A DNA stretch of 64,000 nt, taken from the NCBI GenBank assembly GCA_011523845.1, contig WTFV01000076.1:999-64998 (forward strand). Reading direction: 5' to 3'. Position numbers and translations under genes: made by a program. The notes under the pieces are model-generated. The model had not been told where the DNA came from. It saw nothing but the letters and a program-made list of their open reading frames with translations, and did not search any database. This DNA comes from Acidobacteriota bacterium. GTDB lineage: Bacteria > Acidobacteriota > Vicinamibacteria > Vicinamibacterales > UBA8438. Positions 27,939 to 37,269 of this stretch are shown here, piece after piece (the stretch's first letter is position 1; each line of letters starts with the position of its first letter).

Positions 27939-28502
27939 TCAGCGGCCATGCACTCCGAACAGCTGGATCCGGCCCGCCTCGTACAGCCGGCGGCAGTCGG
28001 TGGCGTCCCGGCCGCGTTCGTCGTCGATGAGTATCCAGGCCACTCCGTTGCCGGTGAAGCGGATGTCGTCGCACTCGCCGTCGCGGGCGTACTCGCTGCT
28101 GTCGTCTCCGAAGTGGATTTGCCCGGAGATGAGGTCGACCCCGAACAGCCGGATGTGGCCTGCCTCGTACAGCCGGCGGCAGTCGGTGGCGTCGTGCCCC
28201 CGGTCGCCCTCCAGCAGCGTGCCGGTCATGTCGCGGCCCTCGAAGCGCGGGTCGTCGCATTCGCCGTCCCGGGCCCATCTGCTCGCGTCGTCACCGAAGT
28301 CGACCATCCACTGCGCGTTTCCGCGGCGGGAAAGCTGCTCTGCCTCGGTTACACGCCTCGCGCCGCTGCTGATGGCGAGCAGCTGCTCCGACCGGGACTC
28401 CGGTGCCGTTTCCGCGGTGCTGGCTGGTGCGCACGTTGCCGTCGTCAGCGCCAGAACCTCCACGAATCCGAGGCCGCGGCTCCTGCTCTTCATCTCGTTC
28501 AT
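27939..28502 (-). CDS. Secreted or lipoprotein-like protein with two tandem Cys-containing repeats
   Basis: GGAGG precedes ATG 28502. The leader is MNEMKSRSRGLGFVEVLALTTATCAP. The unit FGDD.S..ARDGECDD.RF.G.......D.RG.DATDCRRLYEAG.I.LFGV occurs twice. Confidence 0.7.
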   Translation of the reverse strand: MNEMKSRSRGLGFVEVLALTTATCAPASTAETAPESRSEQLLAISSGARRVTEAEQLSRRGNAQWMVDFGDDASRWARDGECDDPRFEGRDMTGTLLEGDRGHDATDCRRLYEAGHIRLFGVDLISGQIHFGDDSSEYARDGECDDIRFTGNGVAWILIDDERGRDATDCRRLYEAGRIQLFGVHGR

Positions 28503-28837
28503 CGGCTCCTCCAGGTGTGCGCGCTCGCCGCGGGTTTCGCGTGGGAAGGCTACCGGGTCGAGGTCGCCGGGGACGCTGTCGCGCGCGCCTGTCTTCCCGG
28601 CTGGCGCACCTGGCAGGGTTGTCCGGCAGTGCCGGGCAAGTGCGGCTTCGGCCGCTGCCGTTGTTCGGTGCGCCCTTCCGGCTTCGTCCTCTCCGGGTGT
28701 TGGCCGTGATCTGGTGGAGGACGCCTGCCGCGCGTGATCTGGCCCTGGACCTCTACACTCCCTGTCGGATGCAGACCCCGTGGTCGTCTTCACTTCAACG
28801 CTTCTCGTGACTGGAGCTTCCGGGGAGGCTGAGCGTC

Positions 28838-29254
28838 ATGCAGCGGTTTGCGGTCTTTCGCCACGACGGCGGCGAGGTCGACGTGGTGAAGCAGGGGTGG
28901 AGCTGGCCCGGCTTCCTCTTCAACGTGCTGTGGGCGCTGTGGCACAGGATGTGGCTGTTGGCATTTGGCGTGTGGGTTGGCGGCATGCTGGCCCCGCCCT
29001 TGCTCTCTCACGTCTTCGGGGCGCTGCGCAACGCGGGCGTCGATCCGTTTCCGCTGGTGTTCGTCGTCGGCCCGGCGCTGGGTCTCGGTGTCCCTGTCGC
29101 GTTCGGCCGTTGCGGGAACGCCTGGAGGCAGGCGCACCTGATGGCGCGTGGCTACGCTCGATGCGGGACGGTCGCGGCTCCGTCGGCCGAGAGGGCGAAG
29201 GCCGTCTTCATGGACTCCGAGGACGCCTTGGGCGGCGCGACCGGCGACGGGTGA
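28838..29254 (+). CDS. DUF2628-like small membrane protein
   Basis: ...VKQGWSWPGFLFNVLWALWHRMWLLAFGVWV... is the signature I associate with DUF2628, followed by a second hydrophobic span. Confidence 0.7.
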   Translation: MQRFAVFRHDGGEVDVVKQGWSWPGFLFNVLWALWHRMWLLAFGVWVGGMLAPPLLSHVFGALRNAGVDPFPLVFVVGPALGLGVPVAFGRCGNAWRQAHLMARGYARCGTVAAPSAERAKAVFMDSEDALGGATGDG

Positions 29255-29391
29255 TTTCCTTGGTCGTGCTACTCCCGCGCTACGGTTTCTCGATCCCGTC
29301 CCCCGGGTGGCGGTGTCTCTTGCCGTTGTTGCCTCCCTCGCCGTGTCTGTCCGTCTGTTGTGCCGGTTCAGGAGTACGAACATGACCCAAG

Positions 29392-29966
29392 GAGCGGTTC
29401 GGACGTTCCGCCCGAAGAGCAAGGTGCTTCAGGTCGGAGCGGTCACCGGGTGCGTTGTCGCGCTCCTTTCCGGCGGCGTGCCGCTCGCCTTGCTCTGCGG
29501 TCTGGTCGCGGTCCTCTACCTGACGGGTGGCAAGTCCGTGGACGTCGACTGCGACGCGGGCCGCGTCCGGACCCGGTGGAGCCTTGCCGGTCTTCAGTTG
29601 TCCGCGTCCGATACGCCCATGCGGATTCGCCGTGTCGAGTTGCGGCCGGAGTGGATGGCCCGTGCCTCGGGCGACGGGCACGTCGACCGCAAGGGGTCGA
29701 TGGTCTACGACCTGGTGCTCGTCGGCGCCCCGCCGGGCGACGGCGACAAGGAAGAGGAGGTGGTCGTCGCTCTGAAGGAGGACCAGTTCTTTTTCGGTCG
29801 TTCCGAGCGGTACGCCCGCGACGTCGCCGGCGCCCTCGGCTTGCCGCTGGTGGTCCGCTGGGACCGGCTGTTCGCTGACATTCCGCCGACCGAGCGCCGG
29901 CGTGGCGAGTGGCTGGACCCGATTGTCTATCCCCCCGAGCTCGGAGACTGGCGGCGGTGGGTTTGA
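29392..29966 (+). CDS. Membrane-anchored hypothetical protein
   Basis: ATG 29392 follows CAGGAG. The TM span is VGAVTGCVVALLSGGVPLALLCGLVAVLYL. The track ORF begins upstream at 29148 within the previous gene. Confidence 0.6.
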
Positions 29967-30646
29967 CGGCGTCCTCCTGGACCCGCTTGTGCGCGTGGAT
30001 GCTCGGCCTCGGTGTCGCGTCGCTCGGGCAGGTACCGTCCGTGTCCCTCGGCCCCGCCGTCGAGGTGCTCTCGCCGTTCGCGTTCCTCGAAGGTCTGCCG
30101 GGAGTCACCTTCTCGAACGACCGGTGGGCCGTGTCGCTTCACTGGCCCGCCGCCGAGCATGCGGTGGAGCTTCCCGGCCTTCCCCTGCACCGCTCCGGGC
30201 CTGTGCCGGCGGGCACCGAGCTGCGGGTCGGCTGCCGTGCGGACAACGGCCGGCCGGGTTACGGCGTTGCTGCCGCGACCGCGGTTCTGGAGGTGCGCCG
30301 GCATCCGGCCGCCCGCGCGACGTACGGTCTTCTGCACCCCATGTTCTGGATCCTCGGTCTGACGGGGAACAGCGTCGGGCGGACTCCCGTGCGGGTCTCG
30401 CTCACCGGTCTGTCCGCGCCGTTCGATGCCGTCCTGGAGAACCCTCGCGTGTACGACCTCGGGGGTCGGCTGCCGATGCGCGTTGCCGGGCTCCCGGCCG
30501 GGCACGTGCTTTCCATGATCGCCCGTCCGTCTGCGCTCGGCCTGCGTGCGGAGGGTTCCGGGACACTGATCTCGGCGCGCTTCGCGCGGGCTGGCGGTCT
30601 CGCACCTGCCGCCGAGGCGATGCTGGCGCATTGCCCGCCCGGGTGA
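29957..30646 (+). CDS. Hypothetical exported protein
   Basis: GTG 29957 overlaps the previous stop (GTGGGTTTGA). The leader is WTRLCAWMLGLGVASLG. GC3 is high. The track start is 29909. Confidence 0.55.
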   Translation: MGLTASSWTRLCAWMLGLGVASLGQVPSVSLGPAVEVLSPFAFLEGLPGVTFSNDRWAVSLHWPAAEHAVELPGLPLHRSGPVPAGTELRVGCRADNGRPGYGVAAATAVLEVRRHPAARATYGLLHPMFWILGLTGNSVGRTPVRVSLTGLSAPFDAVLENPRVYDLGGRLPMRVAGLPAGHVLSMIARPSALGLRAEGSGTLISARFARAGGLAPAAEAMLAHCPPG

Positions 30647-30712
30647 ACGCCGCCGCGGCCGCCTTCTGCCGTTCCCGTCGAGGTGCTTGTGCTCGCTGTC
30701 CGCGGCCGACCC

Positions 30713-31960
30713 TCATGTGTCGAAGGTCCGTTCCACCACCGCGGAGCCGACCGAGTCGCCGAATGCGTTGACGGCGGTGCGAAAGCGGTCCAGCAGCCAG
30801 TCGACCGAGAGGATCAGCCCGATGTACTCGATCGGCAGCCCGACCGCCCCGAGCACGATCACGAGCGTTACCAGCCCGGCCTCCGGTATCCCGGCCGCTC
30901 CGATCGCCGCCAGCGTCGCCGTGACCGCCACGACCACCTGCTGCGTCATGCCCAGCTCGAAGCCGATGGCCTGGGCGATGAAGATGGCTGCGACCGCTTC
31001 GTAGAGCGCCGTCCCGTCCATGTTGATGGTCGCTCCCAGCGGCAGCACGAACTCGCTCGAGCGCTTCGAGATCCCCGCCTTCGTCACCGCGCACTCCATC
31101 GTGACCGGCAGGGTCGCCGTCGAGCTCGCGGTGGAGAACGCCGTCAGCAGCGCCTGCGACATCTGGTACGTGAAGCGGAACGGGTTCCGGCGCGTGAATA
31201 CCCAGAGGATGAGCGGCAGCGTGAGCAGGGCGTGCACCGCCAGTCCGGCGAGCACGGTGAGGAAGTAGGCCCCGGTCTGCTGCAGCACCAGCATCAGGTT
31301 GCCCTCTGCCTGGGCTTCCCCGAACCGGGCCGTGACGAGGCAGAAGATGCCGGCCGGCGCGAGCCGCATCAGCAGCAGGATGAACGACAGCAGCGCGTCG
31401 TTGACCTGGACGATCATCTGGCAGAGGGCCGACACGCGCTGGCCCATCGTGGTCAGCATGCCCGCGAAGATGATCGCGAAGACGATCAGCGCCAGCAGGT
31501 TCGTCTCGGCCGCGGCGGCGATCAGGTTGTCCGTGAACAGCATCAGCAGCAGGTTGCGGAAGATGCCGCCGAGCGTCGTGTCTCCTTGTTGCGTCGCTAT
31601 GCCTTCGCCTTCGGCCGCCATCGCCTCCAGGGTCGCCGGGTCGACCGTGCCGACGCCCGGCCGGATCAGGTTCACCATGATCAGGCCGACGACGACGGCC
31701 AGGGCCGTGGTGGTCAGGTAGTAGGCGACGGCGGCGCCGCCGGGGCGTCCCAGCTTGCGGACGTCGCCCAGGCCGATGATGCCGCTCATGACGCTGGCCA
31801 TCACCAGCGGCACGACCATCATGGTGAGCAGGCGCAGGAAGATGTCGCCGCCGACCTCGAGCCGCATTGCGGTCTCGGGGCTGAGGAACGCGAGCCCGAC
31901 CGCGCCGACGATGGCGCCGAGGATGTACAGCGTGAGGTGGCTGGTGTGGTTGTTTGTCAT
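30713..31960 (-). CDS. Dicarboxylate/amino acid:cation symporter (DAACS/GltP family)
   Basis: 415 aa from MTNNHTSHLTLYILGAIVG... It contains ...TAFSTASSTATLPVTMEC..., LPLGATINMDGTALYEAVAAIFIAQ and AAIGAAGIPEAGLVTL, the hairpin and transport motifs of the family. Confidence 0.93.
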   Translation of the reverse strand: MTNNHTSHLTLYILGAIVGAVGLAFLSPETAMRLEVGGDIFLRLLTMMVVPLVMASVMSGIIGLGDVRKLGRPGGAAVAYYLTTTALAVVVGLIMVNLIRPGVGTVDPATLEAMAAEGEGIATQQGDTTLGGIFRNLLLMLFTDNLIAAAAETNLLALIVFAIIFAGMLTTMGQRVSALCQMIVQVNDALLSFILLLMRLAPAGIFCLVTARFGEAQAEGNLMLVLQQTGAYFLTVLAGLAVHALLTLPLILWVFTRRNPFRFTYQMSQALLTAFSTASSTATLPVTMECAVTKAGISKRSSEFVLPLGATINMDGTALYEAVAAIFIAQAIGFELGMTQQVVVAVTATLAAIGAAGIPEAGLVTLVIVLGAVGLPIEYIGLILSVDWLLDRFRTAVNAFGDSVGSAVVERTFDT

Positions 31961-33175
31961 GGTGAGGCCGGAATATACGGGATTGGACCGTGGTTTCGCC
32001 GCGCGTTCCGACTCGCTCCGTGATGCTGCGGCGCGGTTCGGTCCTGGCCCGTGCCGTGCCTTTCCGCCCGCCTTCTCGACGATGGTTTCGCGCGGTGTTC
32101 TTGCCGCTGCGGGCGTTGCCGCCGGGCGCGGGGCCGTGTCGGTCGATCCCGCCGTCAATCGGGGTCTCGTGCTTCTCGGTGGCGGCTGTCGCCGCCTGCG
32201 TTGTCTGCGTCGGAGTTTCTGTCGTCCGTCGGCAGGAACGTCGCCGTCTCGCGGGTTTCGATTCTGCGAGGTTGCCAGCGGTGGATCCGCGTTGCCCCGC
32301 TGGTTTGCCCGCCCGGGACGCACGCCCATACGGTCGTGGGTTCTGCGTTGCGGTAGCGCTTCGCGTGCCGCTTGCAGATGATCTCCCCGGCGAGCGCGAG
32401 CGCCAGGATCTGCAGGTTCGCCAGCCTGCCGTCCTGCAGGCCGGTGCGGAGCACAGGGCCGCTGCGTCCCCGTGGAAGTCGTTCGGGACGATCAGTTGCC
32501 TGGCGGCCTTGCATGTCTGCGTCAGCAGTTCGTTCGCGTCGGTGTTGCTGGTGGTGGTCATCCCCAGCGTTGCGCAACGTCTTCCGTCGAGGAAGCCGTT
32601 CTGTTGCAGCTTCAGGCGGACCGGCCGTCTTGCGGCGGGGTTCTCCGGTGCTCGGGGCTTCACGTCCAGGATGCAATGATATCGGCTGTCATCATTCCGA
32701 GCGCGATGTCCAGCACGATTGTCGATATCACGCAGTCACGCTTGGTGAACTTCTCGACCCAGCGGGTGGTGGCGGCCAGCGGCAGCAGCGCCAGCGGCGA
32801 CGGGTCGTTGGGATGCGCCGCATCGAGCGCCAGACTGAGGATGGCGATGGTGCAGACGGTGCATAGCTGGCAGGCGAATTGGAACATGGGGTCAGCGTCG
32901 GGCGGGTTCGTTTCAGGCATGGGTTCGTGTCGGTCCCAGGTGTTTCCCGGTGATGCGCCTGGTGCTGTCCCGGTGTTTGGAGGCCCGGTCTCTACCTGCC
33001 GTGGTCGTGCGAGCCTCTTCCTCCACTCGACCGGCTCGGCATCGACGCGGTGTCGAGCGGGGAGCGGCTATCGGCTCCTGACCGGCCTGCTTCAAGCTGA
33101 ACCATCCCCGGCGCAAGGGCGGCTCGCTCCTCACTCTCGTCGGCGGCGCGCCTGGCGCAGCCTGGGTGCTTGCTC

Positions 33176-33421
33176 CTACCACTCGGGCGGGTCGTGCTCC
33201 TCGTGGCAGCCGTCGCACAGCGGCGTGACGATCCTCGCGTTCGGGTTCCTGCGCTGCTCCTTGAGCTTCGGCGTCCACCGCGCTCTCGGCACGAAGCGCC
33301 CGCAGTCGGCGCAGCGCATGTGGTCCGTGCGCTCGGCGACTTCGAGCCTGGCCAGGACCTCGTCCCTGTCGGGTTTGCCGCGGGTCCCTTCCGGGACCGC
33401 CGGCGCAGCGTGGCTGCTCAT
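33176..33421 (-). CDS. Small zinc-ribbon-like protein translationally coupled to nrdJ
   Basis: ATGA overlap with the nrdJ stop. The 81-aa product has CADCGRF...CDGCHEEH (two CxxC pairs). Confidence 0.6.
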   Translation of the reverse strand: MSSHAAPAVPEGTRGKPDRDEVLARLEVAERTDHMRCADCGRFVPRARWTPKLKEQRRNPNARIVTPLCDGCHEEHDPPEW

Positions 33422-36144
33422 CCGCAGCCGCTCGTCGCCCCGCAGTTGGGGCAGCTGTAGCAGGCGCCGTTGCGGATCATGATCGTTCCGCAGATGACGC
33501 ACGGCGGCGCGTCGGCGTCGCTGTACGTCGGCCGGGGCGTTGACGGCGCCGCGTCCGGTGTCTCGTTCGCCGGGGCGTGGGCGGCGCCGTTGCCCGCGGC
33601 CGTGCCGGCGGCTGCGGGTTCGGTGGGCCGGTTGACGCCGGCCTGGATCTGCGCCTCGGGCGAGAGGAAGCGGGTCGCCATCCAGCGGAAGACGTAGTCG
33701 ACGATCGACTTGGCGATGCGCACCTTGGGGTTCTTCGTCAGGCCGGCCGGCTCGAACCGCGTGTGGCTGAACTTGTCGACCAGCGTCTGCAGCGGCACGC
33801 CGTACTGCAGGTTGTAGGAGACCGCCTGGGCGAAGGAGTCGGCGAAGCCGGAGATCGTCGAGCCCTCCTTGGACATGACCAGGAACATCTCGCCGGGGCT
33901 GCCGTCCTCGTACAGCCCGATGGTGATGTAGCCCTTGTAGCCGGCGATGTCGAACTTGTGGATGACCGCCTCGCGCTCGTCGGGCAGCTTGCGGCGCACC
34001 GGCCGCGGCTGCGCTCCGGGGCCGCCGAGCCCCGTGTTGAGCGGCTGGGTCCGCTTGCTGCCGTTGCGGTAGACGGAGACGGACTTGGCGCCGCGCCGCC
34101 AGGCGTCCAGGTAGGCTTCCTCGATGTCGTCGACGGTCGCCTCGTTGGGGAGGTTGACGGTCTTCGAGATCGCTCCGGAGATGAACGGCTGGACGGCGCT
34201 GACCATCTTCACGTGGCCCGCGTAGTGGATCGCGCGCGTGCCGTCGGGCGGCTTGTCGGCGCAGTCGAACACCGGCAGGTGGCCGGGGTCGAGCCCGGGT
34301 GCGCCCTCGATGGTCCCGTGCTCGTCGACGTGGCGGACGATGTTCTCGATCTGCTGGGCGTCGTAGCCGAGGCGTTCGAGCGCGGTGGATACCGTCCGGT
34401 TGACGATGCGGATCGTGCCGCCGCCGACCAGGTGCTTGTACTTGACGAGCGCGATGTCGGGCTCGACCCCGGTGGTGTCGCAGTCCATCATGAAGGCGAT
34501 GGTCCCGGTGGGCGCGAGCACGGTCGCCTGCGCGTTGCGGAAGCCGTGGGCCTCTCCGATCGCTATCGCCTCGTCCCATATCCCGCGTATCCGGCGGTGC
34601 TGCTCCTCGGTCAGGTCCGCGCCCCCGAGCGCGTCGCGGTGCTTGCGCATGACGCGCAGGAAGGGCTCGGCGTTGCGCTCGTAGCCGGAGAACGGGCCGC
34701 CGCAGTCGCGGGCGATGCGGGCAGACTGCAGGTAGGCCTCGCCGGTCATCACGGCCGTGATGGCGGCCGCGCAGCGGCGGGCGGCGTCCGAGTCGTAGGG
34801 GATGGCGTGCGACATCAGCAGCGCGCCCAGGTTGGCGTAGCCGAGCCCGAGCGGCCGGTAGGCGTGCGAGTTCTTCTCGATCGCTTCGGTCGGGTAGCTC
34901 GCGTTGTCGACCAGGATCTCCTGGGCGGTGATCATCGTGCGCACGCCGGCGCGGAAAGCGTCGACGTCGAACTCCTCCGGGTTGTCGGGCTTGACGAAGG
35001 CGAGCAGGTTCAGGGACGCCAGGTTGCAGGCCGAGTCGTCGAGGAACATGTACTCCGAACAGGGATTGGACGCGTTGATCCGGGCCGTGTTCGGGCAGGT
35101 GTGCCAGTCGTTGATGGTGGTGTCGAACTGCATTCCCGGGTCGCCGCACTCGTGCGCCCGCTCGGCGATTGCGCGCATCAGGTCGCGGGCGCGGTAGGTG
35201 TCGATGACGCGGCGCTCGCCGGTGACGGCGCGGGTGACCCATTCTGCGTCGTCGACCACCGCGCGCATGAACTGGTCGGGGACGCGGACGCTGTTGTTCG
35301 CGTTCTGGAAGAAGACCGAGGCGTAGGCGGGGCCGGTCAGCGACCCGTCGTAGCCGGCGTCGATCAGCGCCCAGGCCTTGCGCTCCTCCTCGGCCTTGCA
35401 GTTGATGAACTCGAGGACGTCGGGGTGGTCGACGTTGAGGATGCTCATCTTCGCTGCGCGACGCCTCCCTCCTCCCGACTTGATGACGCCGGCGAAGGCG
35501 TCGTAGCCCTTCATGAAGGAGACCGGCCCCGACGGGATGCCGCCGCCGGTGATCGTCTCGTGGCGCGAGCGGATGGGGGAGAGGTTGGTGCCGGTGCCCG
35601 AGCCGTACTTGAACAGCATGCCCTCGGTCTTTGCGAGGGACATGATGGACTCCATCGAGTCCTCGACGCTGAGTATGAAGCACGCACTGCATTGGGGGTC
35701 CTCGTCCCATCCGCAGTTGAACCAGACCGGGCTGTTGAACGCGGCCTTCTGGTGCAGGAGCAGGTAGGTGAGCTCGTCGCCGAACGCCTCGCGGTCCTCG
35801 GGGGTGGCGAAGTAGCCGCCGTTCTCGCCCCATCGGGTGATCGTGTCGGCGACGCGGGAGATGAGCTGGCGGACGCTGTGCTCGCGCTCGTCGGTGCCCG
35901 GGTTGCCGCGGAAGTACTTGTCGGTGATGATGTTGGTGGCCTGCTGGGACCAGGCCTTCGGGACCTCGATGCCCTCCTGTCGGAACACGGACTTGCCGCT
36001 TGTGTTCTCGATCGCGGCGGTGCGGGTTTCCCACTCGACCTTGTCGTAGACGGAGGCTGGCGGCGTGTCCTTCGTGAACGTCCGGGGGAACGTGAGTCCC
36101 GGAGGCTTCGCCGGGCCGTTGGTGCCTGTTCTGGTCTTTGCCAT
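33418..36144 (-). CDS. nrdJ: Class II (adenosylcobalamin-dependent) ribonucleotide reductase
   Basis: 908 aa. It contains ...AFNSPVWFNCG..., CSACFI, SGTGTNLS, NPCSEY and a C-terminal zinc finger CVICGTIMIRNGACYSCPNCG. The order and length are typical of monomeric NrdJ. Confidence 0.93.
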   Translation of the reverse strand: MAKTRTGTNGPAKPPGLTFPRTFTKDTPPASVYDKVEWETRTAAIENTSGKSVFRQEGIEVPKAWSQQATNIITDKYFRGNPGTDEREHSVRQLISRVADTITRWGENGGYFATPEDREAFGDELTYLLLHQKAAFNSPVWFNCGWDEDPQCSACFILSVEDSMESIMSLAKTEGMLFKYGSGTGTNLSPIRSRHETITGGGIPSGPVSFMKGYDAFAGVIKSGGGRRRAAKMSILNVDHPDVLEFINCKAEEERKAWALIDAGYDGSLTGPAYASVFFQNANNSVRVPDQFMRAVVDDAEWVTRAVTGERRVIDTYRARDLMRAIAERAHECGDPGMQFDTTINDWHTCPNTARINASNPCSEYMFLDDSACNLASLNLLAFVKPDNPEEFDVDAFRAGVRTMITAQEILVDNASYPTEAIEKNSHAYRPLGLGYANLGALLMSHAIPYDSDAARRCAAAITAVMTGEAYLQSARIARDCGGPFSGYERNAEPFLRVMRKHRDALGGADLTEEQHRRIRGIWDEAIAIGEAHGFRNAQATVLAPTGTIAFMMDCDTTGVEPDIALVKYKHLVGGGTIRIVNRTVSTALERLGYDAQQIENIVRHVDEHGTIEGAPGLDPGHLPVFDCADKPPDGTRAIHYAGHVKMVSAVQPFISGAISKTVNLPNEATVDDIEEAYLDAWRRGAKSVSVYRNGSKRTQPLNTGLGGPGAQPRPVRRKLPDEREAVIHKFDIAGYKGYITIGLYEDGSPGEMFLVMSKEGSTISGFADSFAQAVSYNLQYGVPLQTLVDKFSHTRFEPAGLTKNPKVRIAKSIVDYVFRWMATRFLSPEAQIQAGVNRPTEPAAAGTAAGNGAAHAPANETPDAAPSTPRPTYSDADAPPCVICGTIMIRNGACYSCPNCGATSGCG

Positions 36145-36490
36145 CGGTGTTGCTTCGTCGGTTGAGTCGTGGCGTTCGTGTCCTGCTGGTCCGCTGCGGC
36201 GCTGCTCGTGTGTGTTCGGCGTCGGGTCCCAGCGTACGGATCGCGTTCCGGCGTCGAGGGTGTCCGGCCTGGAGCGGCGGTATGCGCCGCAAGCGGGTTA
36301 TCCGCGTGCGTGTGGCGCAGGGGTTGCTCCGCGGCCGCTGCTCTGCACGCGTGTCGGGGCAGAGACGGGCGGTCCCGTGCGGCTGTTGTGGCGCGGGCTG
36401 CGGGAGGCTACGAACGTCCTCGTCTCGAAGTACGGTGGATCCCGTTCGTCCGGTGCCGGGTAACCGCTCTGGAATCGTCCGGTACGCGGT

Positions 36491-36519
36491 GGGTGATCCG
36501 GGCGCGTGTGCGACTGGAG
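36491..36519. repeat. Degenerate orphan copy of the 28-29 bp repeat family found at 37270..37476
   Basis: GGGTGATCCGGGCGCGTGTGCGACTGGAG compared with GGGTGATCCACGCGCGTGTGGAGGGGAC. It lies between the stop at 36526 and the nrdJ leader. Confidence 0.7.
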
Positions 36520-36525
36520 TTGTGC

Positions 36526-36897
36526 TTACGGGTTTGGTTTCCGGTCCCGGTCGCCGCCGGGCCGCCGGCTGTGGTGCGTGAGGAACTCGAGCTGCGTGTC
36601 GAAGACACTCTTGCGCGCTGCTTCGGGCGCTGCGAGCAGCTGTTTCTGGTGACGGCGCGTCCATCCGGTGTAGCAGGTTTCTCCGCTGTTGTTCAGGACG
36701 ATCGCGGCTCCGGCGCAGGACTGCAGCGTGTCGTCCTCGATCCGCTGGTCGTCGTGCGAGATCGTCGGATGGCAGGGGAACGGCCGCTCGCGGATCGCCT
36801 CGAGCAACTCGGTGGGCGTCCACGGTCCGGTCCAGCCGGGGCAGCTTGCCCGGCGGAACGGGCACTGGGAGCAGGGTTCGGTCAGGTCGAATCGCAT
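36526..36897 (-). CDS. Cys-rich hypothetical protein
   Basis: MRFDLTEPCSQCPFRRASCPGWTGPWT...FPCHPT...LQSCAGAAIVLNN. This is the tail of track ORF 36526..37371. GC3 is high. Confidence 0.7.
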   Translation of the reverse strand: MRFDLTEPCSQCPFRRASCPGWTGPWTPTELLEAIRERPFPCHPTISHDDQRIEDDTLQSCAGAAIVLNNSGETCYTGWTRRHQKQLLAAPEAARKSVFDTQLEFLTHHSRRPGGDRDRKPNP

Positions 36898-36944
36898 TGC
36901 GGTGGGGATGTCTTGTTGCGTGACCGTAGCGGTCCGTGGGCCGT

Positions 36945-37190
36945 TCAGCCCTTCTCGGAGATGATCAGGTTGGTGTCGTCGGTGACCGCGCCGCGGCGCA
37001 CGTTGTCGGCGGCGCTCTCGAGGTTGTGCAGCAGGTCGTGCACGACGGGCTCGTCGTCGTTCTGGACGGAGTCCTTCGCGTGGTCGATGAACTCGTGCAG
37101 CTGTGATGCCGCCACGGGGCCCAGCTCGAGTTCGGCGAAGATCTCGCCGTGCTCGTTGGTGATGGTCACCTGCATCCTGTTCCATTCCAT
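36945..37190 (-). CDS. Small acidic hypothetical protein
   Basis: MEWNRMQVTITNEHGEIFAELELGPVAASQLHEFIDHAKDSVQNDDEP... GGAAGGAG lies 9 nt upstream of ATG 37190. An alternative ATG is at 37199. Confidence 0.65.
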   Translation of the reverse strand: MEWNRMQVTITNEHGEIFAELELGPVAASQLHEFIDHAKDSVQNDDEPVVHDLLHNLESAADNVRRGAVTDDTNLIISEKG

Positions 37191-37269
37191 GTTTTGCATC
37201 TCCTTCCAGTCTGTGGATCGTTTGCGGTTCTGCCGGGATTCGGCGCGGGTGTGCCGGTTTTCTCGTTGT

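Noticed and set aside
32660-32920. 86-aa hydrophobic ORF in the low-GC patch
   Set aside because: It has no RBS, and it is followed by frame-switching coding-like debris. It is probably part of a decayed gene. It is mentioned in the island-edge finding instead.
36145-36525. Possible riboswitch or NrdR boxes in the 380-nt nrdJ leader
   Set aside because: I could find no B12-box-like element and no AT-rich NrdR-box palindromes. Only the degenerate island repeat is recognisable there.
33176-36865. 1229-aa minus ORF, plus the 862-aa + ORF 33577..36165, over nrdJ
   Set aside because: They are out-of-frame or antisense to the NrdJ frame. Only the last 81 codons of 33176..36865 (the zinc-ribbon gene) were kept.
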